The translations under genes and the position numbers were made by a program. Below the pieces are notes generated by a model. It saw only the letters and a program-made list of their open reading frames with translations. It ran no database searches and had not been told where the DNA came from. Shown piece by piece: positions 1 to 12,210 of a stretch of 64,000 nt of DNA (positions are counted from its first letter, which is position 1; each line of letters opens with the position of its first letter). The stretch lies in the NCBI GenBank assembly GCA_000165425.1, contig CT868663.1:186001-250000 (forward strand), given 5' to 3'. Source of the stretch: Paramecium tetraurelia (lineage: Eukaryota).

Positions 1-1065
1 GGAAAATTAGGAATGAAATTTAGTATTATATTTATTCTTAGATTGATTATATTAAACTTGAACTTCATTTTGAAGACATTATGGAGACAAGAGAAATTCC
101 ATATCGTTTTCGCAATAGGTATTTAATTTATCAGATATTATTTGAAATAGAATTTAAAGAATTAGAAAATTCTTACAATTGTTAATTCTAAACATTATTG
201 AAAATTGATAATTTTTAGCAAGTCCTTTTAATTATTTTTATTATTAAAAATATCATATATTTTAATTAATCTGATGGGTTGTCTCTTATAAACGATGAAA
301 TAAAGAAATTATTAGGTTGTTCATGGATATAAAGATGGTTAGCAAGAATAAAATGCCAAAAATGTTGACAGTTAATAAATAATTGAATAAGTTGTACATC
401 TCGAAGTACCATTGATACAAGAGGATATCTCAGATTTGTTAACTGATAGTTCTCTTGACAATTAAGAAATTTAACTAATTGATGAATCTATCAGATTAAG
501 AAAAATTAAACTAATGAAAATAAAAGATCCTGAAAAATTCAAAAGACGTAATTCATTACCAAATCCAAATAAAATTGACACAGAATAAAAAAAAATAAGA
601 AGAACCTTTTCATAGGATTAGATAGTAAATAGTAGTATTTCTATTAATAATTTGTATTATTAAAAATTCCTAAGTTAATATAAAGCATATGATTAACCTT
701 AAGATGAATAGAAACATTATCTTCCTTAAAATATAGAGCAAACTGATTTAGAAATTAGCGAAGAAAATTTTTCTTAAGAGAATTCTTTCTCGTCTATGAA
801 ATAATTAGTTTCCTTATGCAAATATTGTACAAAAGAAATTTAGGAAGATGAATACTAACTTGAATGTTTTCATTGTTATCATGCAAAATGTTTAGAAGAA
901 TTAATACTAAATAAAATTGAAGAAGACTAATCTTTAATTAGTTGTATATGCCATTAATCAATCAAGACAAAACTAATAAAATAAATTCTATGTATAAATA
1001 ATGAAGTAAAATACTTAAAGTTGTTAGAAAATTAAATCACAGTTTTGAATTCAACATTATAATGA
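1..1065 (+). CDS. RING-finger-containing protein (5' end uncertain or outside window)
   Basis: Ciliate-code frame ending at TGA 1063-1065. The C-terminal part reads CKYC...LECFHCYHAKCLEE...CIC, a RING-like Cys/His pattern. Short GT-AG introns near the 5' end. Confidence 0.6.
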
Positions 1066-1080
1066 ATTTAAATTTGTTTA

Positions 1081-2058
1081 TCATTTATTTTCACAAACAC
1101 TAATCCACCCTTTTCTAGGTTGATCTTTTTATGCAAAAATCTCCATCAATTAAGATTTTGGGAGCAAAGTTTCAATTGTCTAATAAATATATTCTTTCGT
1201 TTTTAAACATGATTTTCCATTGTTCACAATGTCAAATAATACATCAGGAGTTCTTTAATGTCTTAATTCTAGTTGGGACTTTTATTCATCAAATTTCCTA
1301 AACATTATCAACACTTATTTTGATTGATTTAAAACTTTTGAAGGACGATGCAAGATCAAATCTTTAACCTAAACCTTTTATTATAGAAAATCTAAGTTAT
1401 CTAAGACAGCATCTTCAGTCTGTTCTATTTTCATATGTTTATTCAACTCTTCTAAAGCTTACTCTAGGCTCAACTGTACTACAACCAGATTTTCTATATA
1501 AGTAAATCCTTTATTTTCCATAGTTTCAAGAATTTCATTTATAAGGCTTTTATCAGACCATATAAATAAAATTCCATTGGATATTAACTTTTTGGATATA
1601 TCTAAATTTTTCTATATATATTAAGAGAGATTACTAAATCTTTTTTGAAAAGATTATCAATGAAAATTCCTTAAACTCCTTTTGCATATTGGGATAGATC
1701 TGTCCCTAAAATCTTTTTGAGAACAACAATCCTTATGTTAGAATATATTGTTTACTTTTTTTGGTCTGTTTCATAAGATTGACAATTAATTGATCCTTTC
1801 CATTATAACAACACTTCTAAATTGTCACAAGTTCTAATTAACTATAACAATTTACACTTTATCCTCTTTGGATTTTGTTTTGTATTTCCTAATCTTCTTA
1901 AATGCTTTGTATGAGTCTTATTCATCCATATATTCTGAATCATCTTCTGTAATATCATAGCCTTAGTTCAGCTTAAAATAATTTATTCGCTTATTTTCTG
2001 AACCAGGCTCGTTATATCTCAATCTCATTCTTAAGGATTCCCGCTAATTTTTTCCCAT
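1081..2058 (-). CDS. hypothetical protein
   Basis: Starts MGKNQRESLRMRLRYNEPGSENKRINYFKLNQGYDITEDD; open in ciliate code with a short intron; TGA at 1081-1083. Confidence 0.6.
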
Positions 2059-2188
2059 GTTTTTTTATCTAATTAATCAAATAAATCAATCCATTATTAA
2101 GTGCTATTGAAGAAAAATAATTAATTTGATAGTATAAATAATTCTATAAATTGATGACATTGCAATTTGTATTAAGTATAAACTAAAA

Positions 2189-4127
2189 TCACTATTATAT
2201 TTTATGTTCTGCAAATGACCAGCCAGCCAAATGGGATTATTCTAAAAAGCTACCAATTTCAAAAACATTATGTTCAACCTTAATGAATCTTGTTTTTCTA
2301 CTCAAAATTGGCATTTTTATTTCTTTATCTTTAACCTTACCCCATTCGATATCTTTGAAGTAGGGATGAGCTTTAATTTCTTCAGCATCTCCTTTACCAG
2401 AACCCAATCTTTTAGCTGGGTTTCGTTATAATAGCTAAAAACCATATAAAATAATAATTTACAGCTTTCAATAGATTAATCCCATCATGGGAAATGTATG
2501 TTGGCAGCTTTAAATCAGCCTTTTAAATATTATTAAAAAGTTCTTCTCTATCATTAGCATAATAGGGAGGTTGTCCGACTAAAAGTTCATACATTACGAC
2601 TCCTAATAAGTACCAATCGACAGCCTTTCCATGACCACATCTTTTAAGCATCTCAGGAGCTAAGTATGCTACAGACCCGCAAAATGATCTTGCACCAGTA
2701 TAATGTTCTTAAACTCCTTCTTTCGATAGACCAAAATCTGTTAGCATAGCATATCCATCTGCATCCAGAACAATATTGTCAGGTTTCAAATCTCTGAATA
2801 TTATATCTCTCTTATGTAAATCTTCCAAAGCAAGAATCATTTAAGTCAGATACAATTTCACTCTTTCTTCTGGAAATCTCTATTCTCTTCTCAAATGAGA
2901 ACTTAAATCTCCTCCAGGACAATAATCCATAATAAGACAGAGTTTATCCGCAGTTTAGAATGCATATCTTAATCTGACAATAAATGGATGCTTAGTTAAT
3001 GACAATACATTTCTCTCAGTTAATGCATATCTTGTAAGATTTTGTTCTGATATTATAAATTAAGATTACTTTATATTTTTGATTTATGAAGAACCTTCAT
3101 AGCCAATAATTAATTTGTGTCCAATTTTTCAACTAAATATACTTCTCCAAAACTGCCTTTCCCAATAAGAGCATGCACTTTAAAATGATGAGGACCTACT
3201 TTATCTTCATTAAATGAATTGCAATTTTCACTACCAAAGTCAGTTCTTGCATCATAAATTTTAATTGAATTATTATTTTATTTTTGCATCGCCTATAGAA
3301 ACATCTACTAATTGGAGGAATAATCCATAGCAATTTTATTCTCCTTGTTCCTATAATTATTATAATTTAATATACTTTAAAGTCATATTCAAGCTTTGCT
3401 TATTTAATAATAAATCCATAATTTTCTATCTTTCATTCATGGTTGCCAAATGAAGGCAAGTGTTTTTGTTAATATCTTGAGAATTGATGTCGGCTCCAGC
3501 TGTAATTAATTGTTAAGTAATTTCCTCAATTCCTAAACTACAAGCAATCATTAAAGGAGTTTATAATTTTGAATTTAATGAATCTATTTGAGCTTCATGA
3601 TATAATAGTAATCCAACTAATTTAGAATTTCCACTCATCACACTTAAATGTAACACTGTATTTCCATCTGTATCTCTTGCATTAATGTCAGGCTTGTCTT
3701 TTAGAAGGATTTCTTTAACCTCATTATAGGAATTATTTTTCACTGCTTTTATCAATTTAGCATTATTTGGACTCTTTGTATTCCTAATAGATTAAAAATA
3801 TAGAAACCAATTGTTTCTCCAATCTTAAAAACGAATATCAATGACTTTGCCTGTATCTTAATCTCGAATGCAAAATTCTGGATATTTGCCTGAAGCTTTT
3901 ACCTTGATATTTAAATTTATTACTAATTTATTAGGTGGCAGCTTTTAAACCAAAACTGACCCTTCATCAAGAAGACTGGGTGAAAGCATTGATCGTTCAC
4001 ATCTATGGCCAGCTGAAAATTATCTATCAGATTGTGATGGTTCTGTTTTTATTATTTTTGCAATGTTGTAAGTTTACATAGGTGAACGAGAAGGAGGTTT
4101 TGTTATTGGAACCTATTAAACGTTCAT
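2189..4127 (-). CDS. ankyrin-repeat AGC-family Ser/Thr kinase
   Basis: Ankyrin repeats ([29 protein letters not shown]) followed by kinase motifs [49 protein letters not shown] and a C-terminal hydrophobic motif (GWSF). Confidence 0.9.
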
Positions 4128-4504
4128 TGTATTAGACTATTTTAAATAACTTAATAATTTATATTTTCTAAAATACTTTTTCTAATCAAATCTTAATACT
4201 TAACCTGAATCATACAAATCACAGGATTATTATTTGACATTTAGGAAATTAATCATGTAGATCTCAAGCTAAAAGATCGCTAACATTTTTATTTGATTAG
4301 ACTGTTGATTCCCCAAAAATATTTAGTTTTAAAAATTTCTATATTAATCTAATTAAAATATATCTCAATTTCTATTTTATGTATAATCAACAATTTTTAA
4401 TACCTTCTCAATCATTATCCATTAATTATCTGCTTTGAAGTTGTAAAATATAAATTTGATTATCATTAAAAATTACTGTATAATCACAAATATTTATAAT
4501 TTAT

Positions 4505-6066
4505 ATGTATTCTAATTAAGACCCTGAGGAATAATTTGAATTGAATGAATTAATTGGACAAGGTGCTTATGCAAAAGTTTATAAGGGAAGGCATAAGAAC
4601 GGCTAAATTGTGGCAATAAAAATAGTTCCTTCAAATGGCGAAATTCAATCATTAATTAAGGAGATCCAGATCTTAAAAGTATTATCAATTATGTAAGTAG
4701 GAATGTTAACATGCTCATATAGTACAATATTATGGTTCCTTTTATAAGGATGGAAATTTATGGCTAGTTATGGAATATTGTGTAGGAGGATCAATTATTG
4801 ATTTATTGAAAATTACTTAAAAGACATTAACTGAATCAGAGATAGCGGCAATTTTATATCATGTACTGCTTGGAATTGAATATTTGCATGCGAATAAAAA
4901 AATTCACAGAGATATCAAGGCTGGAAATATATTATTGGATGAAAAAGGAACAATTAAAATTGCTGATTTTGGTGTGGCTGCACAACTCATATATACGAAT
5001 GCAGATAAAGTATTTCTACTTTAATAAAAAGGGTACAGTAATAGGCACCCCCGTTTATATGTCTCCAGAAGTTATATCTAAGAATCGATATAACCATCTA
5101 ACAGATATTTGGTCGTTGGGAGTCACCGCTATAGAACTTGCAGAAGGAAAACCCCCTTATTCTCATATTCATCCGGTAAGAGCAATGTTTGCAATAAAAA
5201 ATAACCCTCCTTAGGGTTTAACCAATCCTGAAAAATGGTCTAAGGAATTTAATGATTTCGTTAAATCTTGCCTAAGGGTGTAAGTCTCAGAAAGACCTTC
5301 AGCTTAACAATTACTTTAGTCACCATTTATAAAACAGGGAAAATAAGATTAAAAGAAGTTAGTAAATCTTATAGAGAATTTCCTCAATTAAATAGATGAG
5401 TATAGATAATCAAAATCATAAGAAAATTTAGAAAATGTATAGACCTTGATCTCTAAACAAGAAAATAGTGAGGATGAAGAATAGTCATGTGGAACAGTGG
5501 TGGAATGTGGAACTCTTGTGATTAAAGAGGAAGAAGTATAAAGTAAAGGAGAAAAAGAATTAGATTTTGTAACATACGCTAAGAAAGAAAAAATAATTAA
5601 TGAAATTATTGATGAATAATTAAGTGATGAACAATAAATGGAAAATATGAATTAAGATGAGAGAAAAAAGTTTTTAGCATTTTTGCATGCCTAGATGGAA
5701 GAAGAGATTTCTAAGGTAAAATAGAAATATATGCCTAAAATTGAGATGCTTACTCAAAAAATAAAGTCAAATGAATCTCCTGAACCAACTAAGCCCTAGT
5801 AATAGATTCTTTAAACTAAACCCTAATTATTGATTTAAACTTAATAAACTCAATAAGTTCAATAATAATAATAATAACCTTAAAAGATAGAAGTTGCAGT
5901 TCCATTTTAAGTCAATCCAGATGTATTATAGAAATTATCAAATATGAAAATCCCTTAAATTAAAATATAAAATGTAAGTTCTCCAACAGCATAGTTAAGA
6001 TCAAATCCTAAACAAAAAGTAAACCCTGAGTATTTAGTCAAATAAAATATTAATTCTAATTATTGA
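4505..6066 (+). CDS. STE20/MST (Hippo-like) Ser/Thr kinase with SARAH-like segment
   Basis: [70 protein letters not shown]; two short introns; TGA 6064-6066. Confidence 0.93.
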
Positions 6067-6423
6067 TGAAGATCCTTGATTTTAACTATTGATTATTCAA
6101 TCAAATATTTTAAGTATAAATACACAAACTAATTATTCATTGACTCAATTTCAAAATCATAACAGTATTATTTTTGTATATATATCTTTATCGATATCCA
6201 ATTTATTATATTACTGTATATTTGGAAAGGAAACACAAACTTTAAAAAAACTTACAAGCTTAAAAGGAGTGCTATATTTAATTAAAGAAATAAGAATCAT
6301 TTGTTAAAGATTTATAGTTTTGATATTATGTATATTCAGTTAGATTTTAGTTTCTGTTTTTTCTATTGAATAACGAAAATGAAAGTGTTGATTATTTCAG
6401 ATAGTATAATAAATAAAATTATT

Positions 6424-7346
6424 ATGGATTAAGAAATTGTGGATTAACTTACTTTAGATTCTATTCCTTACTATGAAGAGTAGTTGTATGGGGCATTATA
6501 AGTTATAATTGACTTACAATAGAAAGTTGAATAGAATGAAATGATTTAGGATGATGTATTAATTAACTTTATTAAACAAGGAAAATTCGAATGAAAATTA
6601 GATTGAGGATGTTGAAGGTGATTATCAAGAAATAATTTCATCCATTCAATAATAGTAACTTAAAGAATTACAAGACATTGATGAGATAAGTTTGAAATAA
6701 CAAGAGGATTTCGATTAATTATTTAAAGTATGAAGCTTATAGTTATTAGTAATTGCACGAGTTGGAATAATTGACTAATCAATACTAATAAGAGAATAAC
6801 CAAGATGAACAATACATAAAAACGACACAATAGATGATATCTGAAAGATAGCAATAACTAAAAGAATTAAGTGAATTATTTATGTTACAAGACATTCATA
6901 ATAAAGAAAATCAAAGAATCATATAAAATTTACAATAAAAACTGAAATTGAATGCTGTTTCTATACCTTAAGAAGGTTCTAAAGAGGAGAAAATAGAAGT
7001 TACTTAAATTGTGAAGCATCAACGTTAAGAATCAGAGGAAGATGTCGATTATATCTAATATCTTTAACTCACTGATTATAAGTAAAAGCTTGAAGAAGAG
7101 TTGGAATAAATAGCAAAATAACCAAAAGTCGATAAGGATATGAATGATGCATCTACATAAACTCATTAGCAAGAGTTTCTAATTAAATCAAAAAATTATG
7201 ATGATTTTGTTTATTCTAGCAGTTGTGTATAGCCAACTTTTTCTGTGGAAAACACCCCAAAAGCAAGTCAAATACTTTTGCATTCACTTTTAAAAGAGGA
7301 GAAACCAAGGAATAGAGAATGCTGTACAAGTTGCAGAATTTACTGA
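6424..7346 (+). CDS. acidic coiled-coil protein with C-terminal Cys-rich CaaX-like tail
   Basis: MDQEIVDQLTLDSIPYYEEQ..., two short introns, ends RECCTSCRIY-TGA. Confidence 0.65.
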
Positions 7347-7366
7347 AAATTAAATTAAATGATAGA

Positions 7367-9975
7367 TCATTTTCTTTATTGCATTTTACCACTTTATGGT
7401 TTTGATTTATTTTCCAAAATTCTGGGTGTTACTATTACAGGTCTTAAATTAAATTGGTTGGAGTTATTAGTTAATTCTGATTTATTATTTTGAATTTGTT
7501 CATTTAATTTCTTGATTTCTTCATCCCTCAATTTGAGTTATGATTATAACTATTAAATCATTTGCATATTTTCAGGTTATCTAGGTTATGCATCGTAGAT
7601 GCTAATTAGTTCTTAATAACTACTATATTGATAATATATACTCTTCTTCAACCATTTATAATTTTAGCATTAAAAAATGTTAAGCTTATTGAAACTCATT
7701 TTTTAAATTCTCAGCATATTCTTTTTATCTAACTATACTTTCTTTTAATTATGAATTAAGGGATTAACGTAATTGATGTTCTAATTATTAAGCTTCATCT
7801 TTCCTCGCCTATACCCATAGATCTTTTTCTTTTATTTATTTCGAAAATTCTCCTTCTGCTTATTGATATTTTGCGTTTAGTTATTTAATTTCTTGCTACA
7901 TCACTTTTATTTACTGTTCATATTTTTACGAAGTATTCTAATTTATCTCTAATGAATTATCTAATTATGTTTTTGGATCAGAAATTACATTTTTTTCAGA
8001 TTTAAATTCTGGCCAAGATTATTCTAAATTAATCTAAAGTAATTTCAATCTATTTTAAAATTCTGAATTTTGATCTTTTAACTACTTTTCATATTTTTCA
8101 TGAGCATATTACAACTAATTTTCATAATTTTTAATTAGCTACTATTTTTCATTTTAAAATTCCTTAAATTACTAATTTAACATATTTTAGATTTCCAAAC
8201 TTTAATCTACATTTATTTATTATGTTTCATTTTCCTAAGGTACATCATTTATTTGCGTATTATCTTTGTTTACTAACTAATTTTAAATCATATTTTATAC
8301 CTCTTATTCATTATTTTACTATTAATTAGGTCCTTTAAGCTTCTACTCTTAATCATCCTATTTTAATTGTTTTTCCCATTATCCTTATCCAATACCCAAC
8401 ATACGTAAAAATTACTCAAACTATTTCTAATGCTTATTATAATCATTTTTCATTTATTCTATTTCTTCAGAACGAAGGATTTCTAAATGATTAATTCTTT
8501 CTTCAAATAATTCCCTTAGTTCTTTTAGTTTTTATCCATGATCAATGTTCATATTAAATATTGTTTCCTCATATTTTTTAACTAATTCTTTTTATTCTTT
8601 TTCATTTTATAAAGTTTTATTTATATATTTATCTTCCATTTCTCCCCTTTAAGTTTTTGGTTAAATTTATACATTTTCGACTTAATCCTCGAATTTTCGG
8701 ACTTTTTTCTTTAATTCTTCAATCTCTTTCAATTTGTCACTGTTGGTCTTATAGCTTGCTTCTCTGAAAGCATCTGACTCCATCTAAAACATATCTGCTT
8801 TCTTTTATAATACAGTTTATTACATTTGAAATTCTTTGATTTCAAAGTTTTTTTATATAAGTTATTCTTCAAGTTTATTTATCTATTCTATTAATTGGGC
8901 TTTGCTTATTTATCCTTCTTATTTAAGTGCAAGCAATTATTAATTTAATTTTTCAATTTACAAATTAAGTTCTTTAATTCTATTTTCCAATTCGCTATTT
9001 ATTTATTTTAATTTGTAATATTCATTTTACTGTTTCAACATATCAATTTAAGATTGTTGGATTGTTTATCTAGCATTTTTTATATCAAGATTTAATTTAT
9101 CAATCCACTGCTAAAGCTCACTGATTTCATCTTAAAGTTTTTGATTATTTGTTGTTAGGTCTTTTTTCTGATTTATAAGATCGCTTTTCTGATTATTTAG
9201 ATCGTTCTTCTGATTTTTTAAATTAGAAATTTCTTATTTTAGTAAATTTATTTCATTTTATAATTATTGCAATTTTTAGTCTAAATTTTATTTCTTTAAG
9301 TCTTCAAATCTATCTAGTGCCTGCATATATTTTCTCTTCTCTTCTTCAATTTTTTTCAATAAATTATCAATCTCAAATTATTGCTATTGAATATGAGTAT
9401 CTTTTTCCTCAATTTGGTCATCTAATTATAGTTTTTTCTTCATTAGTGAATCATATTTCTCTTTCCATATTTTATTTGCCTCTTCTAGCTGTTTCTGTGA
9501 CCCTCCTGTTTGATCATCATCTTTCATAAGGTATTTATCAATATATTCTGAATACTCATCAAATTTCTATTAAAAAAAATCGGTCTACTTTTTCATTTCT
9601 CTAATTTTATTTTCATATAAAGCAATAAGACTTTATTCCCTCTCTTCCATTTTTTTTTAATACTACATAAATTCCATCTATGTGCCCCACTTTTCCCTTT
9701 AAATTTTTTCTTGAAACTACTTCAATTCTTAGTGAATATCTTTATTCTTATTTTATGTATCTAACGCCTGCTTTTAGGCAAGGATAATTTGATTTGCTCT
9801 TACAATTTAAAAAAAGAATATGATACTATTTTATAATGTAATCCATTTCTTTCTCATATGCTTAAACAACAGCCTTCAGAATCCTTTCATATTCATCATT
9901 TTTAGTGTTTAAGATGTGGATAACTTTAGTAAGGTGAACAATCTTTTTACAAAGAAGATCACGGTTTGGCTCCAT
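7367..9975 (-). CDS. FAM184-like long coiled-coil protein
   Basis: N-terminus LLCKKIVHLTKVIHILNTKNDEYE matches the FAM184 signature as I recall it (MSKKIAQLTKVIYALNTKNDEHE); the rest is Q/E/K-rich coiled coil; TGA 7367-7369. Confidence 0.8.
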
Positions 9976-9986
9976 CGTTAAATTAA

Positions 9987-10325
9987 TCATAATAATAAAA
10001 TGGATGAAATAACAATCATAACTGCAGTAATCTGAACAGAATCCAGTTGTCCAAATAACCTTTACCATATATTTCTGGCTGGGTTGGCTGCCTCTAATTA
10101 TTCTTTAGTAGGACCATTGCTTGCGGTTGTGGAATTGTTTGTTATATTTGATTATGGTGGTGGTTAAGGAGACGAAGTCGATGGTTAGGCTGTTGGAGTC
10201 CCTGGTTTGGCAGTTGGAGGTGGAGCTGCATTGTGAGTTTTGATTCCCTATTCTCCCATAAAATGCTTTCTTTATTCCGACAACATAAGCAGCATCATCA
10301 AAAATACTAGAACGACTATCCTCAT
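9987..10325 (-). CDS. small secreted Pro/Thr/Ser-rich protein, probable GPI or C-terminal membrane anchor (112 aa)
   Basis: Intronless: signal peptide MRIVVLVFLMMLLMLS, low-complexity core AAPPPTAKPGTPTAQPSTSSPQPPP, hydrophobic end ITAVMIVISSILLL-TGA. Confidence 0.75.
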
Positions 10326-10618
10326 TTATAATTAATATTATAAACACTATAATTTTCATTGATAATTTAATATAAGTTTTGGTGTTTATATTTGATCTCT
10401 TTCTATCTCTGTGAGATATATACATATACAGTTTTTTGAATTGTTATTCATTTTTCAAATTTAAAAAAAAATAATCAAGCCTTTTTGCATTATCATTAAA
10501 AATTATGGTATAGCAAAAACGATTCAACATTAAGAGTATTGGATTCTCTTTGTAAGGAATCCTTGAATGTGTCAAGAATTAAAGAAAAACTCATATTGTT
10601 TGTTTAATTGATTATTAA

Positions 10619-11019
10619 TCATTATTTAACTGAAGTTTAGTTCCTCTGAACAACATATTTATAGAATACAGCAATTGCTTCGTTCACTCCCTTAATTCTT
10701 TCAGCTTCCTCATTTTATATATCTATTAAATTCATTTGTTGAAATTATTACCAAATCCAAAATTCTCTTCCAAAGCTACAACCATTTCAACTGCATCTAA
10801 GGAGTCAAATCCTAATTCTTCGAATGTGGCCTACATATGGAATCTTTTTACTTTATCTGATAATTTGTCAACTTTGCATTTTGCAGCAGATTTCATGACT
10901 TGCAATACTTTAGCAGTGACTTCTTCTAATAACTCCTTGTTTTAAGTAGTTGAGCAGAATCTGAAAGTTCTACATTAGAATCCCATTGGGTTTATGAGAC
11001 GAAGAGCTCTAACAAACAT
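10619..11019 (-). CDS. ACP: mitochondrial-type acyl carrier protein
   Basis: Presequence MFVRALRLINPMGFQCRTFRF, then ATFEELGFDSLDAVEMVVALEENFG (phosphopantetheine DSL motif); two introns. Confidence 0.92.
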
Positions 11020-12210
11020 TATTATCAATATTTATTTTTATATAAAGAATTTTGTGGTTGTTTTAGATTTATATTTTTATTTTTCCATCTCAATTATTCT
11101 TCTATCAAGAATGTTCTTTTTCCTAATTTACAGAACTTCCCCATTTTCATTTATTAAAATTGTACTTAAAATATAATATTATTCAAGAAAATCTATTAAT
11201 AATGTATTGTATATTAACATTAATAAATTGTCTCAATTGTTTATAATATCAATGATTTATCTTGATTGATCAATTAAATATGTAGTGTGTTATTACAAAC
11301 AGAAATCCAATCAATTAGATTTCTCAATTATTTTAATGCAATAAGCAATGATATTGCAATTAATTATTTGCTTAAAAAGAATGAATAATAAATAATAACA
11401 ATTCATAAGAGCTAAAGTTAGTATTAAATTATAAATAAAAATATCGGCCTCTTTTAATTTATGATTGTTAACTCGATTTGAAATAAATATAATTATAAAT
11501 ATCTAAAATGAAGGGATTCTGTAATTTTTAGAAAATCCTACTTCATTATAGTAGATTGAATACACAATGCACGAGAGTATAGCTTAGAATGTAAGAATTT
11601 AGATATATATTGTAGAGCTAATTAATAAGTTAATAAATAATTCAGATGTTGCTCTATGATAAGTTCATTACAATATTTCACATTTAGTAAAACTAACCTA
11701 CTTGGATTTATTGATCTATTAGATAGTAATTAGTTTAAAATATTGAAAATAGTTCAAAAGATTTTAATTCAATTAGAAGTGGAGAATTGGACTAAAAAAT
11801 GATTCATGTTTGATTGATATTATTCTGATATTTAATATAGATTTGAGTCTAATGAAAAGTTGTTGTTATTAGTTAGAATTAGTAAAAGAATAAAGTAACT
11901 TTATCATTCCTACAATGCTACATAAATAAAATTGTATTAATTACAATTTAAGCTCTCTTGGTTTTTACTTCTCTTTTCTATCTTATTTAAATTACCATTA
12001 CTTTAAATGTTGGAAGAGAGATCTTTAGATATTGCCAATTTTATAAATAGGTTAAATCTAGAATTTAATAATAAATGGGGATTAAAATTAGAATTGAAGA
12101 GAAGAAGAGAAGAGATTTTAGAGCATGACAAGGTAGAAAAGAGAGAAATTAAATAGAATGCTGCAATGTCAATATTAAATTAATTAAATTTAAAATAATT
12201 ATTAACTTAA

